64,000 bases of DNA from assembly GCA_016748015.1 (NCBI GenBank), contig JAAOMT010000324.1:62001-126000 (forward strand), given 5' to 3'. Both the position numbers and the translations under genes were made by a program. Below are positions 36,215 to 49,600 of this stretch, piece after piece. Position 1 is the stretch's first letter. Every line of letters begins with the position of its first letter. Source of the stretch: Geosiphon pyriformis uo1. Its lineage: Eukaryota > Fungi > Glomeromycota. Under the pieces are notes generated by a model. The model made no database searches and was not told the origin of the DNA. It worked only from the letters and a program-made list of their open reading frames with translations.

Positions 36215-38000
36215 TAAGAAGAAAAAAAATTTGAACCCACCCCAAAACTGTCTACTTTGGCTGAAAGTCCCAGAACTGTTTCCATTAGACACTTCATGCT
36301 GTCTTCCAACTTGGACACCAAAGATACATCAAAAGACACTGCTTCCACAACAATCTCACCACTAGTGGCTGCACCTGAACCCTCACTTATTACTATATCT
36401 GCCCCTTGATTCTGTGATGAAAGGGTTACCAACGGCTGACATCCAGAGCTCGGCTGGGAAACCGTTGGTCCAAGTGCATCCAACCTCTTAGCCAGCTTAC
36501 CCACCTGCTCCGCAAGGCTGGTGAGACTGCGCTCAAGAGCAGTAAACCTATCATTGACTTCCATCGAAACCAGCAGAAACGGCACCAACTCCGAAGAGAA
36601 ACCAGATTTCACTAAAGCATTTCGTCCAAAGAGAGGAGGAAAAGAAGACCCACTAGCAACCTTTGTCCAAGAGAGACCACCAAAAGAGACTGAACGAGCA
36701 ACTGGAGCTGATCACTTGGCGTAGATGGCTGCCAATCTGCTTTTATCTGTGTCCAACAGGACTCTACGCAAAGACAAATCTAAAGAAACTCTCCCACCAA
36801 TTGCACAGCCCAATAACGTATGGCCTGATTTCCCATACTTGGCACACTTGGTTGAAACAAAACAAGACCAGCGTAGATTGGTGCCCTTAACACTGGCGTG
36901 GTTTCCATGATGGCCTTCAATGATTCAGCAGAATCAAAACAGACAACAGCACACCTAGCCCTAACATATGTAACCGGATGACAATCAATAAAACATGTCT
37001 TCTCACCCACAGAACCAATAAAATCCCAGATGTTATGAGCAGTTGTACCTATTGGCAGAGTATAGAGCAGTGCTCTATGCTGGTTTCTCGCATTCCATGA
37101 TTCTTTGTCCAAATCTGATCTAGCCACCCACACAGCATCCTTCCCGATTAAGATTGACCACTCTGCCGTGACCAAATCAGCGTGTTCTGATTGCTCAAAT
37201 TCTACCACAGCCTTCTGCCACAGCCCCACCAATTGCATCTTGATTGACTTAATTATCCCAAACTCAGAGAGCACAGCGTGCACAGCCTCAGCTGATGTTC
37301 CAACTGGAATTTCCTTCAACACCACAGCCCGATCTGAGTGATCAGCTGATCTTTTAAGATCGGTGTTTACCATAACATTCGCACCAGTAGCCTTTTCAGT
37401 GGCTTTTTTAGACCCAATTTGGAAGTGAATGTCGCTCTGATGATCCCTGAGAATTTTGAGGGGGTAGATGCCCCCCCCAAAACTATTAATACCAGAAAAT
37501 AATTTCCTCACCACTACAAGCTTTTCCTGAGAAAATTTGCCAGCCACCTTATCCAAGCCAATATCCAACATGAATGACTTCCTGACTGGAACATTGACCA
37601 AATTTTTCATAGGAGGAGGGAGCTCAAGAGGAGCATCCGAGAGAATACTATCATCACTACTATCTTTTGAGAAGTCAATCTTTCTCAATGGCTTGCCCAA
37701 CGCCTTTTTGGTTTTAACCTTCAAATTCGTGGGCGTCTGATCATAATTTCCACCAGCCAGAGCTCCACCTTCACCATAATTAAAGCTGGTTTCCTCCACC
37801 AAACACTCCTCTTCCATATCAACACTTTCAGACTCAATAGTGTTCCCAGTCTCTGAACTCCATGAACAACCGCCAGGAACTTCAGCAGCAACCCCTCTAT
37901 TACCAACACCCTCTGCCAACGCACCTCCCTTCCTCTTTTTTCTTGATACAACCGCCTTAAAACCACTCTCAGAACCAGAAACTTTAGCAGTTTTTTTCAT
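36214..38000 (-). pseudogene. LINE ORF1 (RRM-like domains, CCHC knuckle, coiled coil), frameshifted
   Basis: VVLKEIPVGTSAEAVHAVLSEFG..KAVVEF and ALLYTLPIG..CAVVCF RRM-like blocks; CAKYGKSGHTLLGC; probable start MKKTAK at 38000. Confidence 0.85.
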
Positions 38001-40141
38001 AACAGCAATAACAAAGCCAACAGTGGCCTCGTAATCGAAGAATGGTTTTGATTTATCGTATTGAATGGTAAAAAACTTCTTTCGAAAAAACTTTTGACTC
38101 TTTTTTGGGAATTTTGGATGAAGAAAAGAAAGAAGTTTTTGGTTTGTATTACTGGCCAAAAATATATGTTAATATTATTCAATATATTTACAATTGTAAT
38201 ATATGTTAAAGAAAAAAAAATTAAGAATAACTAAATTTTTGTGATTTATTAAAATAAAAAAATCATTTAATAGAATAAAAATTGATTTAATAGGACCATT
38301 AACTATTATTATTAAAGAGAATTAATATATTATAGTTATCATAGACTACTTAACAAAATGACCAAAAGCAAGAATTATTAAAACTACAAATGCTAAATTA
38401 GTTGCTAATTTTATGTATAAAAATTGATTTATAAACATGATTATTTAAATAAACTATTTTTAAGTTAAGAAATCCACTTTGTAAACAATTTATTTGCTAA
38501 AATTAGTCAATATTTTAAGATAAAACAACTTTTTTTATTATTTTACTATTTATAAACAAATAAATTAATAGAATGTTTTAATAGAATATTATGTAAATTA
38601 TTAATAAAAATAAGCAATAAAATAAAATAAAAATAAGATTTATTTATTTTTTTAGTTTTATTGGCTTATTAAATACTAAAATACAATACTACAAAATTTA
38701 TATTATTCAAATTAACATGTAAAAAAAATGCTATATTATCTATAAAACTAATAATAAACAATTATTTAATAGAACCAATAAAAAAAAACAACTTACAAAA
38801 AATTATAAAAAAATAGGCTTATAAACTGTTAGAAAAACTAAAAAACAATTGCCAATATACAACCAATAATATTAAATACTCCTAAAAACAACAAAAAATC
38901 TAACACAATAGCAAACTTTCAGAACAACTTATTGTTTACAAAATAAGAAACAAAGTTTTATTATACTAAACAAAAACAAAAAAATATTGAAATAAAAAAT
39001 TTAACAATAAATAAGACAAACTTTTTTATGTCTATATGTCTTAAATAATAGAGTATATAAATTATATTTAAGTAATAAAATTTTGAAAAAAGTTATACAT
39101 AATAACTAATTAAAAATCTATTAACAATAATTATCTGATTTGTTAATGTTTAAGTTAAAAATTTATATATCAATTGTGTTTTTTAACCAAATTTTATGAG
39201 ACTTTAAACTGATAGTAATTATTAAACATTACATAAGAGATAATTAATTTGATTAATCATATTTGGTTATTATTATTAATATTTAAAAAAAATTAAAACA
39301 ATTTCAAAAATAGTTAAAAGATCAGAATTATCAAATTATTAAAGAATTTTTTTAATTTTTTTAATTTTTATATACAGAAATATTTCATTTTTTTAGTATA
39401 AATATATCTAAAAACATTAAAAATACTTCTCAACTTTTATTTTGGCTAATTTTTTATTAGAAATTACACTTAATAATTCTGAAATTTTATATAAAAAAAA
39501 AAGTTTAATTGTATAAGAAAATAAGCTAAACACAAATTATTTTAATTTTTATTATGAAAAATAAAAAAACACTAACATATTAATTGATAAAATTATAGAA
39601 AAATTCTAGCTTTTAAGAAATACAATATTCAAAAAAAAAATAAACTTAATTGTTTTTTTTTGCTATATATACTTTATAATAACCATATTATTAGATTTTT
39701 AAACAATTTATATTAGAAAAACAGCAAAAAAATCAACAAAACAAAACTTTAAAAGTTCTAAAAACTGACTGGAAAAAACAACTCTAAAAACTATTTTAAA
39801 ACAGTGTATCAACTCTACATACTGTTTCAATACTGTTTAAAAGTACTATTAACAAATAAAATAAACATATTTACTATTAATAAAATTAAAAAGCTTACTA
39901 ACAATGAATTTCAAGACTTATAAAAATAAATAATCTAAACAAGTATACAGACTTTTGTGTTAAATATTGACATTGGAGAAATGTATATTAATTTTAACAA
40001 AACTCAATCTTAAGAGAAAAATAATATTATTTAATAAAAATTAACAAAAATCAAAAATAATAATATCATAATATATTAACCAATTATTAAATAACAGTAT
40101 AAATAATACAGAACAACAAATAAAATTAAAAAACATAACAT

Positions 40142-41002
40142 TGTTACAAGTGTTTATTTGGGGTCTCAAATCAAATAACAAAATCCATAACTTGGTACTC
40201 AGAAGCTATTTACAATGATAGTGATCTGAAAGTATTATTTGTCTGAAGGTTTGGAGTTGGAGTTCTTTGTATAATGGACAGAAATTTAATGGTTGTTTTC
40301 TCAGTAGCCTTCTGAAATCGCAATTCCATTGAATTTTTTTCTCAGCATAGTGACCAGTAATTTGACAGAGATGCCCTTCTGGTAAGCTATCCTTAAATTT
40401 TCAATGTTATATCCTTTCTTTGGGGTCTTTTACCAGACTATTCTTGACATCAATAATTCAGTGCTTTTCTCTTTAATCAATTAGTAAAACAAAAAAAAAA
40501 TAAAAAAAGAAAATGAAAGAAAATAAAGAAACAAGCCAAGGTAATAAGTGTTAGTATCTCGTTAATAGCTGTGATCAAGAGCTATTGTTTCAGTGTGGTT
40601 AAGTATCAATTATTATTAACATGAAGTGTTAATAGTGAAGAGTAGATTTGAGATAGTAAATAACTATTTATTTGATATTTGTGATGTGGAAGGTTGTTTA
40701 AATTAAATCTAAACTAAAAGATCTGTCTTTTTTTTTTCTAATGCTACCAATATATATACATAATTGAGATTTCTCAATTTCTCAATTTTTTACACCAGGA
40801 ATTCTGAAATTTCTGGAATTCTGCAATTCTTTTAAGAGGAATTCTGAAATTCTGGAATTCTTCAATTCTTTGTATGAGAATTCTGAAATTCCTAGAATCC
40901 TACAATTTTTTTGAGAGGAATCCTGGAATTCCACATTTACTATGGTTACTTCTAATTGGCTAATTTATATGCTAATATATCTTTTATATTCTATGAGTAA
41001 TA
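40142..41002 (-). mobile_element. Solo LTR related to family A, inserted in the D 3' LTR
   Basis: TGTTACA...GTAATA ends; perfect ACAT TSD (40138-40141 and 41003-41006); U5 similar to the A LTR; tandem GGAATTCT-rich array ~40795-40935. Confidence 0.9.
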
Positions 41003-44000
41003 ACATATATATAATAATATATAAAACATATATAACTATATTCAATTTAATGTAATCATAAACAAATAAGCCAAAAAACACTTACAGTCAAACAGAAAGC
41101 TTAATAACTCAGCAATTACTTACTAATTAATTAGAATAAGTACAATTATATATAACTTAAAACATATATATATATAATAGCTTTTCTAATAAAAAAACAA
41201 ACTAGTAAAAAATTAATTAGATAAAATAAAAAGAAAAAAAAGAAAAAAAGTTAAATTATAACTCCAAAAAAAGCTAAAAAGTGTGTTTTTTTAACTTTGT
41301 ATTGTAATATTTACTAATATTAAAATTAATAAAAATTGGAAATTTTTTTTTTATTAATCAGTCTTTTATAAATAACTTAAAAAGCCACTATTTCCTTTTG
41401 CTATTGCATTTTTATTAATAAAAACAATAATAAAAACATTTAATACACCAAAAAAACATGAACAAAACTCAAGCTTGATAAAATTAAAAACACATTAAAA
41501 ATATATTAATTATATAAAATTACCTAAAAATTACTCATAATAATATTTTGGCCAAAATCAACAGTTAATTTAAAAATTTGGAATAAGTTTTCTATAACTC
41601 AAAAAAAAAAAAAAATTCTAATCAAAATTATTTTATGAATATTAATTTGTTGAATTTTACTTTGTAATTTTATTTCTCCTTGAATTTATTAGAAATAAAA
41701 TACCACTTTACTACAACTAATATCTAGTATTAACACAAGATAAAAAAATATTTCTATGAAAGCTTTAAAAAAAAACACAATTAGAAATATAAGAATATGA
41801 CAAAATTTTTTTTTAAAAGACTAATATAGCAATAACTACTAATAGTAATTTTAACAAAAACATTACATAATACATTACATTAAATAAAAAAACACTTATT
41901 AGAAAAAATTATTTTATACTATTAGGAATTAAAAAAAAACTTACTGAGTTAATCTTCAGATCTTTAAATAAGAAAAAAATAGTAATTATTTGTTAAATAA
42001 AAATTTAGCATAAATTAAAATCAGTACTAATTAAGACTAATATACTTATTTTTATGTCAAAATTAAATAATTTTTTATATTATTACTTAATCTAAAAAGT
42101 TGTAAAAATTAATTATAATATAATTACTAAGAAAAATATTTTATAATACTGAAACTGTAAATTGTTTAGTTGATCTAAAGTCTTGAATTTTTTTACTTTT
42201 GTTAAGTTTTTTCAATTTTAAACTAATTGTAAATTCAAAATATTAATTAAAAATAAATATAATTTGTGTAATTTTTTCAACATATTTAATCTTAAAAAAT
42301 TTATTAGTTTTATTATTATAATGTTTTCAGTATATTTTATATTGATAATTTTTTTTTATGTTAATTTTTTTGCTTGCCAATAATAATAAAAAAACAATTT
42401 GTATTATTGTTTCTAATAAAATTTTAAAACCAATTTTTAAATTAATTTTGGTTAAAAATTTTGGTTTTAAAATAAAGATATCTTTTTTTAAATATTAAAA
42501 ATCATATTTTGTATTTATTTTATGAATTTTTTTAGACTTAATTCTTTGTTTATTGTTTTTAAAATATTTGAGTTGTAAAAAAAGTTGGTTTTTAGCTAAG
42601 TAAATTAAGATTGTTGAAATTTTTGGTTGTGTTTTTTGTAACCCAAAATTAATTTTGTTTTGGTTATTTTTAATAAGTAATAATATATTGAAAACATAAT
42701 ATTTAGAATACTATTAATTATTACAAAACATAATACATTTTTTGTAAAGCTGAATATTTATTTGTTTTAATTATTAGATTTGAGTTTTTTTTAAAAAATA
42801 GACATAGCTTAAGTTTAAATAATAGAATTTTACATCATTTTCATAATCAAATTCAGCTAATTTTATAATATATTCAATATATTTTGCTTTTTTTACTTTG
42901 AAAATATCTTTTTAAGTTTTTTTATTAATCAAAATTATCATTAATTTAAAGATTATTTTAGTATTATATAAGTAATAATAAAGTTTGTTAAAAACACTAT
43001 TGTAAACTGCTGTAAATAAGATTTTTTATTTTATTTTTTCAGAAATGAAAAAAGCATATTAACAAATTTGATTACAGATTTTTTTTTTATAATAATATTA
43101 ATCCAATTATATTCTTTTAATAGTAATTTTTTACTTTATTTGGAACTGCCAAATTATTTTTGGTAGTAGGCTTTATAATAATAACAAGTATTATTTTTAT
43201 ATTCTTCCTTTAGTAATATACAAACTCTTATAAATAAAAGCTTTTTGTTGTAATTTTTGTATTTTAGTAAAATATAAATTGGCTGTTTTTGTGATTCTGG
43301 TTTTAAATAAAAAACATACTAACTATTAATTTGTTTATTATTTAATGTTAATTTAAATTTTCTAATTATAATAATTTTAGTTGTAATTTTAGGATTTCAA
43401 AAATTGTTGTTCTATTTTTTTAGCTCAATTAGACCAAAAATTAAGTATTATATAAGTTTTAATAATTGGTTTTTTTCTCTTTTTTGAATTTAAATTATTT
43501 GTTAAAAATATCATAAATAGCAAGTACTCTAATATATTGTCCTTAGTAAGAAATTTTTAATTCTTAAATTTGTTAATTTAAGTTTACATTGGCTTTAAAA
43601 AGCCAATTGTTTTTAATAAAAATTTAGTATTAAAATGCATTTATAACAAGAATTTTAATTGAAATAATAATTTTGTTAATTATGAAAAAAAAATTGACAA
43701 TTTTTCTTATAGAAGTTTTTTATATTATTAATTATAACAATTACTGTTTGAGCTAATTTGCCTATATTTTGCATTAATTAGTAGATAATAATGCTTTTAG
43801 TAAATCTATTATTTAGAATTAATTAAATTAATTTTTTTTTAATTTTAGCTTTTATATATATAGCTGTAATTGTTTTTTGTTTTAATACAGCAGTATTGCT
43901 AAATAGAAATGATAATTTATTTGTTTTAAATTTAAATAAAAAGATATTTAAAATATTTGCATTTTTGGCTATTTTTGTTGATAGAATTGTAATATTGTTA

Positions 44001-44840
44001 AAAAAAAATTTTTGCTATTGTGTTATAGCTTTACTTTTTAAAAATACAATATAGTAAAAATTTTAATTTTTGGGTATTGTAAAATAGCTAAATTAATGTA
44101 AAAATATTTAAATAATTATTAATTATTATTGTAAAATATTAATTAATTATTGAGACCAATTTTGTTAATATTAAACTAAAAACAATTTTGAAGTGTAAAT
44201 TAATTGAATTAAGCCAATTTTTATGCTAATAATTAATAAGTTTAAACTAAAAATAGTTGATAATACTATTGTTGTTATAATAGAACAAATTGATAATAAA
44301 TAAGCTAGAGTCTTAGTAAATAGTAAATAAGCAGTAATAATAAACTATATAATTATTACTATTAAAAAAATAATGTTATTTATTTTGTTTTTATTAATCT
44401 CTTTGCATTTTTTGACAATTATGTTTTTAGTATTCTAGAATTTCATAATAATAGCAGTTTAATTATTAGAATTAGTTGTTAAAATTGGATGATAATAAGA
44501 AATTATTTTGATTTTATTATTGAAATAATTAATATTTTTGTTATTAATTGACAAAATAAATTTTAACTTTTTTGATAAGTTGATTAATTTTTTTTTAACT
44601 GCTAAACTGGTTTTATTAATTGTAATATTAACAAATTCTGTGTAATTTGCCTTTTTTATTGCTATTTTATAGCTTTTAGTATGTAAAATAGTAGAAAAAA
44701 AAAACTTCTTTCTCTCCTTTGTCCCAAAATCCTAAAAAAGAGTTAAAAGTTTTTAAAAGAAGTTTTTTACAATTCAGTACAATAAATCTAAACTCTTTAT
44801 TCTTGACTACAAAACTACTGTTGACTGTAATATTGCTGTT

Positions 44841-46634
44841 ATAAAGAAGACTACCAAAGATTCTGGTTCTAATAATGACTTCAGGCCTGTTCTTTTGAGA
44901 AAAAAAGGAGAGGTAGTGTTTTAGAAGATGGTTCTGGTGGTGAAAATATTGGTTCTATAATTCAAAATAGCCATTCATGAGGTTTTGAAACTGGTAACAT
45001 TACTAAGTCTGAAAGTATTAATATGGAGGAAAAATGCCTGATTGAGGAAACCAGTTTTAATTATGGTGAAGGAGGTGTTCTTGCTATAGATAATTCTAAT
45101 CAAATACCCACTGGTTTAAAAGCCAGAACCATGAAGACATTAGGCAAACTACTGGGGAAGATTGATTTTTCATTGAATGGCAATGATAATGGTATCTTTT
45201 TGAATACCCCATTGGAACTCCCCCTACCTGTTAAGAACTTGGTCAACATTTCTGTTCACAAATTTTTTGCTTTAGATATTAGTTTGAATAAGGTTACTGG
45301 GAAATCATCTCAAGAAAAACTGGCTATGGTCAAGAAATTGTTTTCAAAAGTCAATGGTTTTGGGGGGGGCCTCTACCTCTTTAAAATTTGCTGGGATTAT
45401 TAGAGTAACATTCACTTTTGAATCAAGTATAGTGCTGACTTCAAAAAAGACTGAGGAAGCAAAGATCTTGGTAAACACCAATCTCAAAAAATCATCTGGG
45501 CATTCAAATTAGGCTGTGGTATTAAAAAAAATTCCAATTGGAACATTAACAAAGGCTGTGCACACTGTGCTATCTGAGTTCGGATTAATTAAGTCAATCA
45601 AGATGCAGTTGGTGGGGCTGTGGCAAAAAGCGGTAGTTGAATTTGAACAGATTAATCATGCTGATTTGGTTGTGGCAAAATGGTCTATCCTGATTGGGAA
45701 AGATGCAGTACATGTTGTTAGATTTGACATGGACAAAGAATTATGGGATGCGCAAGATGTTTACAAAACCCTTTTGTACACTCTGCCAATAGGAACCAAT
45801 GCACATAATATTTGGGACTATGTTGCTTTAGTGAGTGGAAAAACTTGTATAATTGACTATCACCTGGTTTTATATGCCTGGGCCAAGTGTGCTACTGTTT
45901 GTTTTGATTCTGCTGAGTCATTAGATGTTGTCATAAAGACCATGTTTGTTCTAAAAGGGGCCAATCTGTGCTGGTTTTGTCTTGTTTTAGCCAAATGTGC
46001 TGGGTATGAAAAATTGGGCCATACATCATTGACTTGTCTTGTTGGTGGAAAAAAGAATGTTTTTTCTGGTGCTTCATTATAAAAGACTTTTTTGAACTCA
46101 AATAAAAGTAGGCTGGTTGCCATATATACTAAACACTTGGCTTCAGTTGTTTGTCCTGTTTCTTTTGGTGGTGTTTTATGGGCACAAATTGCTGGTGGGT
46201 CTTTTTTCTCTCCTCTTCTTGTTTGGAATATTTTGTTGAAAACTGGTTCCTCTTCGAAGATGAAGCCTACTCCACTGGTGTCTTTAGAATTGAATAATAG
46301 GTTTGCCACTCTTGAGTACAGTCTCGCCAGCCTTACAGAGTGTGTTAATATGTTGGCTAAAAGATTAGACACACCTGAGCCAACAGTTTCCCAGCTTAGC
46401 CCTAAATGTCAGCCATTGATGACCCCTTCATCACAGAATCAAAGGGCAGATATAGTGATAAGTGAGAGTTTGGATGTGGCCACTAGTGATAAGACTGTTG
46501 TGGGAGTGGTGGTTTTTGATTCTACAGTTATCTTGAAAATGGAGACAACTTTAAACAATCTTTCAATCACAGTTATGAGCCTTTTGGCTAAAATAGACTA
46601 TGCTAATTCGGTTTCTACCCCCCTTTTTTCTTAA
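44841..46634 (+). pseudogene. LINE-b ORF1
   Basis: Fragments 45023-45403, 45516-46082 and 46092-46634 align to LINE-a ORF1. Confidence 0.88.
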
Positions 46635-49600
46635 TGAGTAATATGATTTAGAGAGTTGCGACTTGTAATATTAGAGGAATAAACAATCCTGTAAGACAAA
46701 ATGATATTATTTATTAGCATAAGAAAAAGAACAATTTAGTTTCTATTTTCATAGAATCAAAGTTAAAAGGGAAGATTCACCTCTGGATTGTCAACAAATT
46801 TGATGATGTGTGGATGTTTATCTCTGGTTTAGAATCCAGTTATCTGGGTGCTGGTGTTGTGGTTGTTATGAACTCTTTTTTGGCAAAACATGTGTGCAGA
46901 ATTTCAGAAGTGCCTGATTGACTCTTGTCTATCAAGTTGCTTTTCAAAAATAAACTTTCAGCATCAATTTTGGGGCTTTATGCTGGTGTCTCTTCAGTGG
47001 CTTGGTTTTCTCAGACTGGTGATATCAACTTTCTTATTGCAAAGGCTGTCAATAAATCTTCTTTCATTATTCTTGGAGATGATTTTAATGAAGACTATTC
47101 TTGTAAATGTGCAAGTTTCAAGAAGTGTTTGGATTTTGGTTTGGTTAATGCCTTGGGTGGAAGCTTTTGTGAGAAGTCACCAACTTGGTTCAATTCTCAA
47201 GGCATTGTTAAGACAATTGATTATGTGCTCATTTTTTTAAACTTGGTCAATGCAGTGGTGGGTCATGACGTGTTTGGTATTAAAAAATACTTTGATATTG
47301 ATCATCAGACTGTTTCAATATTGGTGGGTTTAGGTGGTTTGTCTGATTAAATTCTGTTTGCAAACAAGCAAATAAGAATTATTGGAAGTACAATTACAAA
47401 AGTGCAAATAATATTAAATAGGCCAAATTTAAGAATGATATGGCAGCAAATGCTGTTATGTTTTATAACAATTTTCTTATAGCTAGAATATACTTGAACT
47501 TAGATGCAATGTGGGCTGCTCTCTGTAAAGTATTATGTCTGTCTACTGAAACAGTTTTTAAGAAGAAATGGTTCAAAGACTATGATCACGTTTTTGTTGA
47601 AGAGTCATCCAAGTTTCACAAGCTGGAGCTCTTAGTGTCAAAGTTAGTTAAGGCATCTCGTTTAGATTCTTTTGGAGAATTTGCATCTTTGCTTAACAAG
47701 TGGAAGAGTTTGGATTTAGTTAATGCTTCTGTGATGAAGTTTTTTTTTCTGTCAGGTTTCCTCTTTAATGCCATTTGGTCAGTTTTGTTCAAGATTAAAA
47801 AGTTGTATTGCTCCTTCAAAATGTTAAAAGTAGAACATATTAAGGAATCTAGAATCAGATTGGCAATAGATAAAAAGATAGAAAGTTTTGAATTGAACAA
47901 AGGTCATACTATCAGGAGTGTGCTAGAACATTTCTTTCACAAAATAACTTTGGATCATCTGGTTGTGGATAATGAATTGGTTTTGGAACCTGATCTGGTT
48001 AAAACCAAGATGGATGTGATCATAAAAGAATAAACTAAAAAGCATGATGTGGTTTCTGTTGTCTCTGATATATGGTGTTGCCAATATCAGTCTTTAGAGT
48101 ATGTTTTTGATGACGCTTTTTCTGGTGTAATGTGCTCAATTGACTTTGATGAGATGTCTGGTGTCATCTCAAATCTGCCTAATAGGAAAGTGGCTGGTCT
48201 TTTTGGTATCTCAAATAAGTTATAGAAACATTGTGACAGGTTGGTTTTGAATATGTTTTTAGTGCTTTTGAACTTTTGCTTAAATTGTAAATCTGTTTCT
48301 GGGCCTTGGAAGGAGGCTTGGATGTCAATGATCCCCAAACTGTATAAGTGGGAGGGTGTTCTCACAAACACCCATCTTATTGCTTTGATTGAGATGGCTC
48401 ACAAAATTCTTTTCAAGATTCTTTCGAACAGGATTTTTTTTGTGTGCAGTAAGTTTAATGTTCTCACAGGGGATAATTTTTCTGTTTTAAAAGGTATAAC
48501 CACACAGTCCCCTATTTTCACTATTGGGTCAGTTGTTAAAGATGCTTTGGAAAAAAACCATGAGCTATGGTTGATGTTGCAGAACATATAGAAGGCTTAT
48601 AATTCTGTTGGCTGGAATCATCTGTGTGAGAGTTTAGTCAGGATAAAAATGTGTGAAAAGTTCATTCAGTTTTTTGGTAGAATTCACAATAGTCGGGTCA
48701 ACAAAGTTATAACAGATTTTGAGTTGACTGATGGATATCAGGTGCATGATAGTTTGGACCAAGGAAAGATGTTTTTTCCTCTTCTTTGGTGCATATTTTA
48801 TGATCCTCTTTTGTGTGAAGTCAAAAGACAAGAAAGTGTGTATGGATACAGGTTGGACTCTTGTTTTGTGACCAAGACTGGTTGCTTTGAATCTTGGACT
48901 GGTTTGACTTTTTTTCTCACTGCAGATGCTTTTGTCGATGATACAATTTGAATTGGTAGCAACCAGGCTGCTACGCAACATATTCTCAATGTTGCTAGTG
49001 AGTTTTTTTGGATCAATGACATTTCAATCAATAATAACAAAACAGTGGCCATTCCCATTAATTGCAGAGTTTCTGATCCTTGTTTGCTCATCAGTGATTT
49101 GTCTATTTCAATAGCCAAAAAAGAGGAGTCTTATCAGTACCTGGGTATTTTTTTGTCTACTGAGAAGTTGTCAAAGCCTAGCTTGGCTAGAGCTTATCTG
49201 GATGTCTGGTTTTTTACCAATCTTGTGCTGAGAAAGTCTGTTTCTAACAAACAGTTTTCATATTTGGTGTTGGCAGTTTTTTACCTCATCATTGCTTACA
49301 GGATTCAGTTTAGTTTTGTTTCTATTAATGTGTGTGCTAAGTAAAACACTATGATTCACAAGAGTCTAAAATCTAAATCTGACTTGCTATTTAACTTTTC
49401 CAATAATGCTATTTACCACCCTTCTCTATATGGTTTGAAGTTTTTTGAACAGGTTTAGGTTGAAAACAAGTCAGCTTCTGTTATTGGTTTTGCCAATTCT
49501 GTTGGTATCTTGGGCCATTTGTTTGTGCATAGATTATATAACTTGCAGATTCTTAGCTGGTGCTTTTGCCACCCTCTGCTTTTCTCTTTTCATATTAATA

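Larger units (their letters stand above)
31401..38139 (-). mobile_element. Full-length non-LTR retrotransposon LINE-a (~6.7 kb), the least decayed element in the window
   Basis: Poly-A tail (T run ending 31409); ~14-bp TSD TRGTTTGTATTAYT (31387-31400 and 38140-38153); ORF1 plus ORF2. Confidence 0.95.
30430..41300 (+). mobile_element. Very decayed gypsy element, family D (RT end, RH, IN, ORF3 region, 3' LTR from ~40025), split by LINE-a and a solo LTR; ends approximate
   Basis: QLSFLKHII..IKPN, FTKKFIFTTNVFKIGLDAVL; integrase HFAKETT..LY|YWP..CNIC is continuous across the LINE; IDLIGPL; pre-PPT motif at ~39992. Confidence 0.8.

Noticed and set aside
31700-38034. Many + strand ORFs over LINE-a, and - strand ORFs over LINE-b
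   Set aside because: Antisense or alternate-frame shadows of LINE ORF1/ORF2 with no independent motifs.
38001-38159. N-terminal MASNTNQKLL... of the 459-aa ORF
   Set aside because: It starts at a non-ATG codon in flanking integrase/TSD sequence and runs through the LINE 5' UTR; the true start is likely 38000.
40795-40935. Regularly spaced repeats resembling a CRISPR array
   Set aside because: Tandem degenerate units without unique spacers, inside a eukaryotic LTR; no cas genes.
41300-42140. Possible coding remnant
   Set aside because: Too eroded to assign by eye.
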